Source of the DNA: Candidatus Latescibacterota bacterium
GTDB taxonomy: Bacteria; Latescibacterota; UBA2968; UBA8231
Direction: 5' to 3'
Assembly (NCBI GenBank): GCA_965248265.1
Contig: CBDFJF010000002.1
Span: forward strand, 2,752,001 to 2,816,000
DNA length: 64,000 nucleotides
Shown: piece by piece, positions 1 to 10,700 of the stretch
Layout of the letters: every line of letters starts with the position of its first letter
Position numbering within the stretch: position 1 is the stretch's first letter
Notes under the pieces: model-generated
What the model saw: the letters and a program-made list of their open reading frames with translations, nothing else
Told to the model about the DNA's origin: nothing
Databases searched by the model: none
Made by a program: the position numbers and the translations under genes

Positions 1-314
1 GGCAGGGGCAGTTGTTGACAAGGCCTTTTGTCCTGGAAGGCCGGGAGCTTTTCGTCAACGCTGCCTGCGAACCGGGCGGAGATATTTCGATCGCAATGCT
101 CGACGGAGACGGCAAGGTCCTGCCGGGCTTTGGGCATACCGAGTGCGTATCTATCGATGGTGACGGGATCAAACAGCGCGTGGTGTGGCAAGAGCAGGCG
201 ACACTGAGTCCATTCTGCCACCAGGTCGTACGCCTGGAGTTTCGCATCAACCAGGCCAGGCTCTACTCATTCTGGTGCCAGGACTCCTCTGGCACTGCGC
301 AATCCAGCGGGTAG
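1..314 (+). CDS. C-terminal part of a glycoside-hydrolase-like beta-propeller protein (runs off window start)
   Basis: LTRPFVLEGRELFVNA...VRLEFRINQARLYSFW matches the C-termini of paralogs at 21732-23273 and 31518-33068. Confidence 0.6.
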   Translation, partial: QGQLLTRPFVLEGRELFVNAACEPGGDISIAMLDGDGKVLPGFGHTECVSIDGDGIKQRVVWQEQATLSPFCHQVVRLEFRINQARLYSFWCQDSSGTAQSSG

Positions 315-330
315 CTCGTCCTGTGGGAGA

Positions 331-1515
331 TCATATTACCCTGATGGTCCTGGCCTCGATCTGCTCCCAATCGATCTCTCGCCCCAACCCCGGTGTTTGG
401 GGAACATACATGTACCCGTCGCGTACTTCGGACGTCTCTTTGATCAATTCCGAGGCAGCCAGACTCAGCGGACGCCGTGGCATGTTGTCCCCTCGCTGGA
501 ACGCCTCTCTGGCGTGATGCTCGTACCAGTCGTCATTGCGAATGGCGGCGAGCACCTGAGCATGTCCACCGTGCGTGTTCTTCCCGAACATTTCCGCCAG
601 GTTGGCCAGCTTCATCTGACCCGTGATTCCCATCGCCTGGTTGCGGACGATGTCGACGACATTGTTCTGCAGGTACGGCGTGGCGAGGTAGGGGAGACCT
701 TCAACCGATTCCAATGCCAGCACCGGCAGGTCGATGGCATCAGACAGGCGCTTGAGCCCGATCATGTCGAATTCCTGTAGCGGTTCTTCGATCCAGAGAT
801 AGTCGAGCTCCCACAGTCTGCGCCCCACTTTGATTGCATCATCCACGGTGTACTGTTGGACCGGATCGTGCATCAGGACCATTTCATCGCCCACCAGGTC
901 CCTCAGGTCCGTCGCCAGCGCAAGGTTCGCCTCGACTCCCAGCATCGAGTGATCCTTGAATCCCTTGTAGCCCAGATCCATTGCGCGTTGGGCCACCTCG
1001 AGCGCTTCCTGGTGACTACAACTGGCCTCTGTCAGGTACGCCGGCACGCGATCCCTGAAGCCGCCAAGCAGTTTGTGGACAGGCAGTTTGGCCTTGAGAC
1101 CGGCCAGGTCCCACAGGAGCTCATCGATTGTTGCCAACGGTGCCACCGATGACATGTGGTAGTAGCGCCGAGCCATCCACATCTTGTGCCACATGTACTC
1201 CCGATCGAGCGCGTTCGCGCCCACGAACTCGGGCTCCCACTGCAGCTTGAAGGTCTGCGCCTCCCACTCGACCTGCTCTCGACTGAAGCCGGAGCCGAAA
1301 ACCGCGCACGTCTCGATGTTCTCATTCGTCCGAATCCGGAACACACGGGTATAGGAAGGTCGGGCGCTAAGCTTGATTCCTTCACCCTCGAACGGCTTGT
1401 GGCCGAAGCGAACCGTGGGCGTACCGGGATACTCGATCATTGTCCGGTACGGCTGCCACTGCGGCACGACAAGATCACCCTCGAGGATGAGAAAGTCTAT
1501 GGCTTCAATTTTCAT
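331..1515 (-). CDS. Mandelate racemase/muconate lactonizing enzyme family (enolase superfamily)
   Basis: LWDLAG..AKLPVHKLLGG, metal ligands MHDP / WIEEP / ALES, C-terminal PQTPGLG. Confidence 0.9.
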   Translation of the reverse strand: MKIEAIDFLILEGDLVVPQWQPYRTMIEYPGTPTVRFGHKPFEGEGIKLSARPSYTRVFRIRTNENIETCAVFGSGFSREQVEWEAQTFKLQWEPEFVGANALDREYMWHKMWMARRYYHMSSVAPLATIDELLWDLAGLKAKLPVHKLLGGFRDRVPAYLTEASCSHQEALEVAQRAMDLGYKGFKDHSMLGVEANLALATDLRDLVGDEMVLMHDPVQQYTVDDAIKVGRRLWELDYLWIEEPLQEFDMIGLKRLSDAIDLPVLALESVEGLPYLATPYLQNNVVDIVRNQAMGITGQMKLANLAEMFGKNTHGGHAQVLAAIRNDDWYEHHAREAFQRGDNMPRRPLSLAASELIKETSEVRDGYMYVPQTPGLGREIDWEQIEARTIRVI

Positions 1516-1662
1516 TTCCCCAACTTACTCCGGCTTCGCCCCTGATGCGAACGGCGTCCACATCGTAGGCGCATTGATCGCAATTGACTACAATTGCCTG
1601 TGAGCTGACAATCCCATGAAAATCCCTACGAAACACGCACCGCTGACTGCCAATTGATTGAA

Positions 1663-3438
1663 ATGTCCGACTCCGAACACACGCAGCCCAGCCACATCGG
1701 GGTGGTGGGCCTCACCGCCGAGCAGAGGCAGAAGTATGCTCGCGACGGGTGGGTTGTCGTGCCCTCACTCTTCACGGCCGACGAGTGCGACGGGCTCATC
1801 CGACACATGGACGCCGTGCACGCGGGTGAGATCACCGTCGAGGGATTTGTCCCGCCGGCGGAAGGCGCCGACCATCTCATCGACGCAGACCAGTGCCACA
1901 TCCACGATCCCGAATGCCGCGCTTTCATGCTACACCCGAAGCTCCGCGGACCGCTCAGGGACGCTCTGGGCGGGAACGAGCCCGAGGGCATCAAGAGCCA
2001 CTACTGGTGGAAGGGCAGCCAGTGGTCGCAGAAATGGCATTGTGACGGAACCCCGCTGCCGGGCTGCATCGGTGTGTGGATTCCGCTCGTGGACGTGGAC
2101 GAGGAGATTGGCACTCTCGGGCTGCAGACAGGCGGCCACCTCCGCCGCAAGCTTCACCACGACGACCTCCGGCACGGAAAGTGGGCGGGCATTCGTACCC
2201 ACGGTGGCGACCCGGAGCTGGGCAAAAGGCTGCGGAAGGAAATCTTCGAGGAGAACGAGACGGCAGGGGCGGAAGAAGTGCACATAGTCGTTGAGAGGGG
2301 AGCCGCCGTGATCTTCGACGGCCATTTGTGGCACCGGGGGTTGATGGGGCGCGATCCGACCGTTTTTCGCCAGGTCTACGCGTGCCACTATGTCTCCAGC
2401 AGCTTCGCGGAGTGGCCACACGTGTTGTGGGAGCGCGTCGATTTCGATGGAACCACACGCTGGTCCACCGGCGACGAGCCGACGCCGGCTGCTCGGCACA
2501 ACGCGCGACTGTCGCGGCACCCGGCCATGGAGTTCAGCAGCTCGAGCAAGCACCCATCGCTCTTGCCGACGCGCAAGGATGCTCCTCTCCAGATCCTCGG
2601 CAAGAATCAGGCGGACGATATGGATTTTCAGGGGTTCACTGTGGTCGAGGATGCCTTCAGCGCTGCGGAGATCGGGCCGCTTCGGGATGAAATCGATCGG
2701 CTCGAGCACGAGAGTGTGCTGCGCCTCGAAGCCCAGGGGCAGCCGCCGCCGTCGCGTCCCATTGCGAGCGCTGATCAGATCACCTTTACGAGTGGCCTGG
2801 CCCAGCAGTCGGCGCTTGTGCGCTCATTCTGCGCCAGCCCGTTCTTCCAGAAGGTTTGCCACGACGTGCTCAACTGCGACGATGTGCGACTGTACCACGA
2901 GCAGGCGGTGTACAAGAAGCCCTGCCCCGGCCGGGTCTTCCCCTACCATCAGGACAATGGCTATACCTACATCGAACCCCTGCAATACCTGACGTGCTGG
3001 GTTGCGCTCAACGATGCAACCGAGGAAAATGGCTGCCCGTGGTTTGTGCCGGGGCTCTTCCGGCGAGGGCCACTGCTGCACGAGTTTGATGAGAGCAACG
3101 GTGGCTGGACGATCAGCGGCCTTCGGTCCGACGATGCCGTCTGTGTTCCGGTCGTGGCGGGCTCGGTGGCGATCTTCTGGAGCCTGACGCCGCACATGAC
3201 AGGGGCCAACAACACCGATAGCGTTCGCAAAACCTACATCTGTCAGTATGCTCCTGATGGGTACGATAACAGAATTTGGGACAAAGATGAGAACGGTGGG
3301 CACGGCGGGCCCATGAAGGTGGACTCCGCCGAGAAGGCTGCTGCGAACGAGGCCAGGAACTTCCTGGTGTTGAAGGGGGCGAAGGGCGTGCCACCACCGT
3401 ATCCAGATCCAGCTCCTCATCCTCCGTCTCGCGCGTAG
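1663..3438 (+). CDS. Tandem two-domain phytanoyl-CoA dioxygenase (PhyH) family 2OG-Fe(II) oxygenase
   Basis: Two HxD...H triads (WHCDG...WHRG; YHQDN...PHMT); ATG at 1663 in the ORF frame. Confidence 0.8.
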   Translation: MSDSEHTQPSHIGVVGLTAEQRQKYARDGWVVVPSLFTADECDGLIRHMDAVHAGEITVEGFVPPAEGADHLIDADQCHIHDPECRAFMLHPKLRGPLRDALGGNEPEGIKSHYWWKGSQWSQKWHCDGTPLPGCIGVWIPLVDVDEEIGTLGLQTGGHLRRKLHHDDLRHGKWAGIRTHGGDPELGKRLRKEIFEENETAGAEEVHIVVERGAAVIFDGHLWHRGLMGRDPTVFRQVYACHYVSSSFAEWPHVLWERVDFDGTTRWSTGDEPTPAARHNARLSRHPAMEFSSSSKHPSLLPTRKDAPLQILGKNQADDMDFQGFTVVEDAFSAAEIGPLRDEIDRLEHESVLRLEAQGQPPPSRPIASADQITFTSGLAQQSALVRSFCASPFFQKVCHDVLNCDDVRLYHEQAVYKKPCPGRVFPYHQDNGYTYIEPLQYLTCWVALNDATEENGCPWFVPGLFRRGPLLHEFDESNGGWTISGLRSDDAVCVPVVAGSVAIFWSLTPHMTGANNTDSVRKTYICQYAPDGYDNRIWDKDENGGHGGPMKVDSAEKAAANEARNFLVLKGAKGVPPPYPDPAPHPPSRA

Positions 3439-3699
3439 GGCACAGTTGAAGCGGGCGATGGTTTCTGTGGCAACTGCCTATGCGTCGCGGATCGTGACAC
3501 CAGTCGCCAAGTCATCGTTCCCAGTCGTCGGCCGGAGATTGTCGTCTGCTACTGCCAGCCGTGGTATGCGATTCGCCAGAAGGTGCAGATCTCCGCGCGG
3601 CCTTTGACATGCGCATTCAGGACGAACAGAATCGCCAAGAGTGGGTCGAATTGGACAGGGTCAGGTTCATTTGTGAACTCGTAGCCGGGGGCTAACGGC

Positions 3700-5259
3700 A
3701 TGGCCAGGGTTAGCGACGTAAACACCACCGACATCGTCGACGCCATTCGCCTCGGCTGTCGTTCCATGCAACGGATGTTCAACGCCGACGACGGTGACAT
3801 ACCGTACTTCCGCGTCATCGTGCGTCCGGACGCCTATCTGGATATGAGTCTGGAGGACCACGTCCCCGGGCGCCATCTCAACGCGCTGCTCAACGCCGAG
3901 GACGACGCCGGCATAGAGATCGACGAGGAGGCCGTGGAGAAACACGCTCGCGCCGCCTTCTTCTCCTTCAGCGGTCCCCTCCCCCTCTGCCTTGGCCGCC
4001 GCGACTACCAGGGCGAGCCGGTGAAGTTCAGCGGCCACAACATCCGCGAGGGATTCCACGCCCTCTATCCACTGGTGCAGTACCGCCACTCGGAAGAGGC
4101 GCGCAAAGTAGCGGAAGCTTGCATCAATACCATCTTCAAATATTTCGACCCGGACCTTGGTTGCGACGTCAACCGGCTGGAGTCCGAATGCGGCATCGAG
4201 AGCGCCCGCGGGGGCACCTTCGTCACCCGCGTCGGCCGCGCCATCGGGCCGTTGGTGAAATATTTCCGGGCCTCTGGATACGGTCCAGCCCTCGACCTGG
4301 CGATCGTGCTCAAGGAGATCGCCATCGACAGGTTCTACAAGGCGGACGGGGCCTACGACGCCGAATCCTTCGGCACCCACGCCCACTCCGTCACCTGCAC
4401 CCTCTCGTCGCTGGCGCAACTGGCCGACCTCACCGGCGACTCGGTGCTGATGAATCACGTGAAAGCCTTTTTCGACAACGGCCTGTGGCAGATGCGTGAC
4501 CAGACCGGCTGGTCGGTAGAGAGCTCGCGACCCAGGCCTGAACGCTCGGACGAAGGGGAGATGAACAACACCGGCGACATCCTCGAGACCGCCCTCATTC
4601 TGGGCCGCTGGGGCCACACCGACTACTACCACGATGCCGAGCGCATCCTCCGCTGTCACCTGCTGCCGTCGCAACTGCGCGACGTCTCCTTCATAGAGGA
4701 ACCCGACAATCCCGACGGCCTGGATCGCCTCACCAATGTCGCCGACCGGGTGCGCGGCCTCTACGGTTTTCCCGCCCCCTACGGCCACGAGCCCATCGGC
4801 AACAACCGCATCCGCTTCAACACCGACGTGGTCGGCGGCTCGGTCGGCTCTCTATGCGAGGCCTGGCGCGAAGTTACCCGGACCGAAGCCACCGGCCACC
4901 GGGTCAACCTGCTCTTCGACCACGACACCGAAAACATCGAAATCCAGTCGCCCTACACTCATTCACACCTGCGCATACGGGTCAAGAAACCAGCGCCATT
5001 GTTCGTTCGCATTCCACCCTGGGTCGAGCGAAATCAGTTGAAGGTGAGCACTATCGCCGGCGACCTCACTTTCACAAACGACTACCTGTTCATCGCCCAT
5101 CCCCCCGTGAATCGCCCCATCGACATCGAGTTTCCACTCCGGGAAGAGGAGATCACCCTGGTCCATCAAGAGCGCGAGATCCGCACTCGACTACGCGGCG
5201 ACACCGTAGCGGCGATGGAGAATTTCGGTGCCGACTTAACCTTCTTCGACCCACTGTAG
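3700..5259 (+). CDS. GH127/beta-L-arabinofuranosidase-like (alpha/alpha)6 protein
   Basis: 519-aa ORF; E.NNTGD, DAERILRCHL, RVNLLFD, LFVRIPPW resemble the GH127-like layout. Confidence 0.55.
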   Translation: MARVSDVNTTDIVDAIRLGCRSMQRMFNADDGDIPYFRVIVRPDAYLDMSLEDHVPGRHLNALLNAEDDAGIEIDEEAVEKHARAAFFSFSGPLPLCLGRRDYQGEPVKFSGHNIREGFHALYPLVQYRHSEEARKVAEACINTIFKYFDPDLGCDVNRLESECGIESARGGTFVTRVGRAIGPLVKYFRASGYGPALDLAIVLKEIAIDRFYKADGAYDAESFGTHAHSVTCTLSSLAQLADLTGDSVLMNHVKAFFDNGLWQMRDQTGWSVESSRPRPERSDEGEMNNTGDILETALILGRWGHTDYYHDAERILRCHLLPSQLRDVSFIEEPDNPDGLDRLTNVADRVRGLYGFPAPYGHEPIGNNRIRFNTDVVGGSVGSLCEAWREVTRTEATGHRVNLLFDHDTENIEIQSPYTHSHLRIRVKKPAPLFVRIPPWVERNQLKVSTIAGDLTFTNDYLFIAHPPVNRPIDIEFPLREEEITLVHQEREIRTRLRGDTVAAMENFGADLTFFDPL

Positions 5260-5318
5260 ACGACAGCACGGTTGTCTTGAAGCTGAAGTTGGCAGTTGGG
5301 TCTCATCCCAGTGGTCGG

Positions 5319-5427
5319 CGCATAGTGAGAGTGGTGTGTGCGGGGTGATGGTGTCGATGTTGATGAAACTGCCGAGATCAAAGTTGCCCGGGTGTCAGAT
5401 CCGTTCAGGGCATGGCATGCCGCGCAT
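5319..5427 (-). mobile_element. Internally deleted mini-derivative of the IS91-family element (oriIS tip plus terIS)
   Basis: Starts cgcatagtgag as at 48220. Ends cgggtgtcaga...gggcatggcatgccg..cgcat as at 49900-49938. Confidence 0.5.
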
Positions 5428-5599
5428 GATCTATAGCTTCAATTTTCGCTGGCCCGCCGCTATTCGAGAGTCACGCTGCTTGCGGCGGTTGCCTCGAGGT
5501 GTTCCCGTCGGAGCCCCGGGCCGTTCACTCCTCGCGAGACGCGCATAGCATCACATCTAAGCGGGACCAAGAGTCGCCCTGGCAGGTCATTGAGGACTG

Positions 5600-5628
5600 T
5601 TGACTTATTAAATTTAATTAGGTATTAT
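5600..5628 (+). promoter_or_regulatory. Sigma70 promoter of the TA operon with a palindromic operator; likely leaderless mRNA
   Basis: TTGACT-17 nt-TATTAT; palindrome ATTAAATTTAAT in the spacer; ATG at 5637 is only 8 nt downstream. Confidence 0.7.
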
Positions 5629-5636
5629 TATTAATA

Positions 5637-5909
5637 ATGTGGCGTATTCTTGAACATCATGGAATCGGCCGGTCCTCCCGAAAGCTCCCACCGCAGGTGC
5701 TCAAAAAATACGAGCTGTGGAAGGACATCGTGTTCCGCCACAGCCCCGGCAAGCTCCGCGAGTTTCCCGGGTTTCACGATGAGGCACTGAAGGGCGACCG
5801 AACCGGTCAGCGGTCTTCCCGGTTAAGCCTGCAATATCGAGTGATATATGCCGTTGAGCGTGCGGTCGTGACAGTCTATGTACTGGAGATCATTCCTCAT
5901 GATTACTGA
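5637..5909 (+). CDS. higB: Type II TA toxin, RelE/HigB-like mRNA interferase
   Basis: 90 aa; HDEALKGDRTGQRSSRLSLQYRVIY; lies upstream of an HTH gene. Confidence 0.75.
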   Translation: MWRILEHHGIGRSSRKLPPQVLKKYELWKDIVFRHSPGKLREFPGFHDEALKGDRTGQRSSRLSLQYRVIYAVERAVVTVYVLEIIPHDY

Positions 5910-5923
5910 TCTGGAGGTTAGTC

Positions 5924-6193
5924 ATGGCTAAGGACACATTCACCCCGGCGAAGAAGCGTGCGACACTCACCACAGGCGAGGTGATTCGTATGTTGCGTGA
6001 GTTGAAGGGGTGGACTCAGGAAGAACTGGCGCGCAGGTCGGGTGTGAACGCCAAGAACATCAGTCTGCTCGAGAACGATCGGGTAGACATCGGCAAGCGT
6101 CGGACCGAGCAACTTGCCAGGGCGTTCAAGGTGCACCCCGCGATCATCATGTTTCCTGAATACGAAGCGGAGCTGATAAGCAAGGCCGCTTAG
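5924..6193 (+). CDS. higA: XRE-family HTH antitoxin (HigA-like)
   Basis: IRMLRELKGWTQEELARRSGV...ISLLEN; GGAGG RBS; toxin-first gene order. Confidence 0.75.
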   Translation: MAKDTFTPAKKRATLTTGEVIRMLRELKGWTQEELARRSGVNAKNISLLENDRVDIGKRRTEQLARAFKVHPAIIMFPEYEAELISKAA

Positions 6194-6232
6194 AACATCC
6201 CTGTGACCACAGTTGCCTGCGAGCCAACACCA

Positions 6233-7402
6233 ATGAAAATCGAATCGATCGACTTCCAAATCCTGGAAAGCGACCCCGTTGAACCGGAGTGGCGTCCACT
6301 GCGGACGATGCGGGAGTATCCGGGGTCAACGAAGGTGCGGTTCGGGCATCGGCTGTACAGCGGGGACGGGATTCGCCTGGAGCCCAGGCCGGCCTACTCG
6401 TGTATGCTGCGGATCCGCACCGATACGAATCTCGAGACCATCGGATCCTTCTCCCACGGCTGGGGAAAAGAGGATCTTGAGTGGGGGGCGCGCACCTTCA
6501 AGGTCCAGTGGGAGCCGGAACTGGTCGGGCAGGATGCACTCAATCGCGAGTACGTGTGGCACAAAATGTGGATTGCCCGTCGGTACTTTCATATGACATC
6601 GACAGGTCCTCTCGCTTTGATCGACACGCTTTTGTGGGATCTGGCGGGGCTCCACGCCAACTTGCCTGTCCACAAGCTACTCGGTGGATTTCGTGATCGG
6701 GTCCCGGCCTATCTCACCGAGACGGGCATTCCTTACGAAGACACGCTGAAGTCGGCCCAACGGGCAGTGGACGAGGGGTACAAGGGGTTCAAAGACCACT
6801 CGATGTTGGGCGTCGAAACCAATCTCGCCCTCGCCAAGGATATTCGCGATCTGGTCGGCGACGAGATGGCTTTAATGCACGATCCTGTCCAGCAATACAG
6901 CGTTGAAGATGCCATCAAGGTATCACGGGGGTTGGAAGAGCTGGGTTACATATGGATCGAAGAGCCCCTGCAGGAGTTCGACATCAACGGGCTCAAGCGT
7001 CTTGCGGACGCGGTCGAGCTACCGGTGATGGCACTCGAATCGATACAGGGCAATCCCTACCTGGCCACGCCCTATCTCGTGGCTGGGGCGATCGATATCG
7101 TGCGCAATACCGGGCTCGGGATCACCGGAAAGATGAAGCTTTCAAATCTTGCAGAGATGTTCGGGCTGAATGTCCACGGTGGAGGGGCGCAGGTTGTGGC
7201 TGCGACTCGAAACGACGACTGGTGGGAAGTGGGGGCGTGGAAACCGCACGTCGCTGACCGGTCAATTTCGGCGGCATTTGCCGGCCTGATTCGGGACACC
7301 ACACAGGTCAGGGACGGCTATATGTACGTGCCACAGACGCCCGGGTTGGGACGAGAGATAGACTGGGAGCAGATTGAGGCCAGGACCATCATGACGATAT
7401 GA
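6233..7402 (+). CDS. Mandelate racemase/muconate lactonizing enzyme family, paralog of 331-1515
   Basis: Same motifs; starts MKIESIDF vs MKIEAIDF. Confidence 0.9.
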   Translation: MKIESIDFQILESDPVEPEWRPLRTMREYPGSTKVRFGHRLYSGDGIRLEPRPAYSCMLRIRTDTNLETIGSFSHGWGKEDLEWGARTFKVQWEPELVGQDALNREYVWHKMWIARRYFHMTSTGPLALIDTLLWDLAGLHANLPVHKLLGGFRDRVPAYLTETGIPYEDTLKSAQRAVDEGYKGFKDHSMLGVETNLALAKDIRDLVGDEMALMHDPVQQYSVEDAIKVSRGLEELGYIWIEEPLQEFDINGLKRLADAVELPVMALESIQGNPYLATPYLVAGAIDIVRNTGLGITGKMKLSNLAEMFGLNVHGGGAQVVAATRNDDWWEVGAWKPHVADRSISAAFAGLIRDTTQVRDGYMYVPQTPGLGREIDWEQIEARTIMTI

Positions 7403-7405
7403 AAT

Positions 7406-7498
7406 CTACAGTTCCTCAACCCCCACGAACCTGCCCGTGCCACGACTGCTGACAGCTGCCTCTACCAACGCAAGAGTGTGAATCGCATCAGCATAGTG
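7406..7498 (-). pseudogene. 3' stub of a Gfo/Idh/MocA gene, cut by oriIS
   Basis: Near-identical to 50241-50333. Confidence 0.85.
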
Positions 7499-7735
7499 AG
7501 GATAAACAGCCTAAAGAGATCGGTAGTCAGTCAAGCGGTTTTGGGCTTTTCGATTGCGTTGAGGGCCGTGCTTTTGCGTTGATCGTGGTGCGGTGAACGA
7601 TGGGGCAGCGGATAGGGTGCCCGGACCAGCGCTTGCGGGCGCAGCGGCAGCTGTCAGCGAGAGATGGGGACGCAGCGCTGTCTGGGGTGGGGCTCAGGCG
7701 GCAAAGTCGAACTCGTGTTGGGGATCGGGCCGTGC
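7491..7735 (-). mobile_element. IS91-family oriIS end (variant A) plus last codons of transposase
   Basis: Near-identical to 48221-48460 and 16301-16542; encodes ARPDPQHEFDFAA* on the minus strand. Confidence 0.85.
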
Positions 7736-7762
7736 GCGTGACGGCACCGCCCGAGCAGTGCT

Positions 7763-10700
7763 TTACCTCAAGAACAACAGCTTGCGTGTCTCCGTCTGCC
7801 CACCGGCCAGCAAGCGATACATGTACACGCCGCTGGCTAGATCGCGGCCGTGGGCATCGCGGCCGTCCCAGTGGACGGTGTAGGTGCCGGCTTGGTGGGG
7901 GCCCTCGACCAGGGCGGCTACTTTCTGGCCGGCCAGGTTGTAGAGGGCCAGGTCGACAGGGCCGCTGGTGGGCAGGCCAAAACGGATCACGGTGTCGCTG
8001 TTGAAGGGATTGGGATAATTCTGCGAGAGGGTATAGGTGGTGGGTAGGTCGGAGATACTCTCCGCCACCTCGACCACCGCTGTGGACGGTTTCGAGAGAT
8101 GCACCAGCCGGTATACAAAATCAACCATGACGGGAATAAATTGGGAAGCAAGTGATATGGGATAATGGCCGGCTCCTGGTAGAGGATATAGTTCATAGTG
8201 GACTTTTGCTGCCGCTATTTTATCTATCAAATCCAGGCTTGTCCGGTAGGGAACTATAGAATCCTCTGTACCGTGGATCAAAAGCGTTGGGGGGGTCCCC
8301 GGTTCGATGGGACCAGGATAAATAGGCGCATCAAAACCACCAGGATCACTGCGATCATACATCCCACCCCACAAGTCAATACAGGCTGCGGCTCCCACTG
8401 AAGCTGCATTCCCGTAGCACAAGTTGACGGCTATGGCACCCCCGGCCGAATCACCGGCAATGGTCATTTTGTTCGGGTCTACTCCATATTCGTCCTGGTT
8501 GGTTTCGAGCCAGTTCAGGGCGGTGAGTGCATCGGCCACGGCGGTATCAATTATGGCCGGATTGGCGCTGGGATTAGCCAATCTGTAGTTGATCGAAACG
8601 GCGACATAACCGCGTTGGGCGAACGCGGTGGCCATTTCCTGATATAGATCCGACTGTTTATCTCCACGACTGAATCCCCCTCCGTGGATCAACATGAGTG
8701 CAGGTCGGTTTACTTCCGTATCGCCCTCAGGTTCATATACGTCGAGCCGGAGTTGTTCCAGCTGACGGCTGGAACCTATGGCCTCGCCGAAAGGAAGATC
8801 TAGGGTGAGGTGCACCTCCGAGAACACGGGATCCACATACCTCAGGAGGCTGGTCCGGATATCGGCCCTGACGCGGACCTCTCTGCGCTCCCCCTGGGGG
8901 GTCGTGAGCACCAGGGTCGCCTCTTGCGGTCCGGCCGGCGCTTGTTGCCGATCGATGCGCACCTCGATGTATGCGGGGACGTTTGTGGTTTGCCCCTCAC
9001 GAGGGCTCACCGAAATCCAATCTTCGGAAGGCGGCTCAAGGGACCAGGAGAGGATACCGCTCCCGGCGTTGCGGAGGCTCAGAGACAGGCTGCTGATGGC
9101 CACGCCAAAATCCAGGTAGTCCTGGTCGACCGCCAGCACGGGATCGCCCACACCGGAGTCTACCAAGCGATTCAACAAGATTGAGACCGTGTTGGCGTCC
9201 TGATTCGTCACAGCCAGGTCAATGTCACCATCCCCATCGAAGTCAGCTCCGACAACCTCATATGGACCACGCCCCACAGCGTATTCCAGCTTCACACCGA
9301 AGGTCCCATCGCCGTTGTTGAGCAGCACGGACACTCTGCGGTTGACATGATCCGGCGCAACGAGGTCGTTGTCCCCATCATTGTCGAGATCCGCACTGAA
9401 AATGCCCCATCGTTCGGGGCCGTCATAGTCGACTCTAGGTGCAAAGCTGCCATCGCCATTGTTTAGCCATACCGATACAGCAGCAGAGCCAAAATGGCGC
9501 GCGGCTATGTCATGGTCTTCATCGCCATCGAAGTCCGCACTGAAAACATTCACTGGCCTATCCAACGCGTCGTACTCGACCTTGGGCGCAAAGGTCCCAT
9601 CACCATCGTTTAGGAGCACCGATACACCACCGCTGTGATTCGCCACAACCAAGTCGTTGTCCGTATCTCCATCGAGATCCGCACTAAAGACATCCAACGG
9701 AGCTTTCCCAGCGACGTAGTCGATGGGCGGTCCAAAGGTTCCATCGCCGTTGTTCAACAAGACAGAGACATTAGAGCCCGTTACCCTGGCGACGACGAGG
9801 TCGTGAATTCCATTCCCGTCGAAATCGGCACTGAATAGAGACACCGGAGCCTCGCCAGTTGCATAGTCGACTTTATCCGCAAAGGTCCCGTCGCCATTGT
9901 TCAGGAATACGGAGACGTTAGCATCGCTACCATTGGCGACTGCCAGGTCGTGATCGCCATCTGAGTCGAAATCCGCGCCGAAGACTGGATGAGAGCCTCT
10001 CCCAAGGGCATAGTCGACTTTGTCCGCAAAGGTCCCATCGCCACGGTTCATCAACACGGAGACCGTATTACTACCTGTGCTGGCGACGGCCAGGTCATGA
10101 TCACCATCGCCATCGAAATCCGCGGTTGAGAGTTCGAGGGGTACCCGTCCAACAGGATAGTCTGTCGGGAGTGCGAAAAGGGCCGGAACGAACGTAAAAC
10201 CTTTCTCGAGTTTACCCGTTTCTTGACTTCGATTGGTGATGGTGACATCCACGCTACCTAGAGCGTGCGGAGGGGTGGTAGCCTGGATTAAGAAAGGCGA
10301 CAGGCGACTTCTACGGGCGGCCTCAATACCCCCGAACGCAACCGTGGTACCCAGGTAGAAATTGCTCCCGCGTATTTCCACCTGCATGTCGCCCCGTTCC
10401 ACGCCGTGCGGGGGCGTAATCGAGGTCACGATGGGAGCGTCGTCCGGAGCGTGCACCAGGCGCAGATCGTCCAGGTAAAACGTGCCACTGACATTTCCGA
10501 GGAAGGAGATCCGTTCAAATCGATCGCCAAGGTCAAATTCGGATAGATCCATCTCGACCACCTGCCACTCCGTCCAGTTCAAGTCGATCAGCCCTTCCTG
10601 GAGAAGGTCAATGCTTCTTCCCGGTTGGACGGCGACCGCTAGGCGAGGCGAATCGGGAGGGACGACACTTTCCGGATGGAAGGCGAAACGCAGGGTCGTA

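Noticed and set aside
3667-4788. Long opposite-strand ORFs (also 13092-14330, 36625-37677, 42423-43526, 30203-31138)
   Set aside because: GC-rich shadow ORFs overlapping genes with recognisable motifs
7593-8004. Repeated ORFs starting MGQRIGCPDQ / MNDGAADRV (also at 16407, 48319, 48326)
   Set aside because: Antisense readings of the oriIS module, not genes
7763-8040. C-terminal domains as proof of a type IX secretion system
   Set aside because: These FlgD-like domains also occur in lineages where T9SS is unproven, and no secretion genes are in the window
9180-10130. Nucleotide-level tandem repeats
   Set aside because: Coding FG-GAP/VCBS repeats of the 7763-10984 protein
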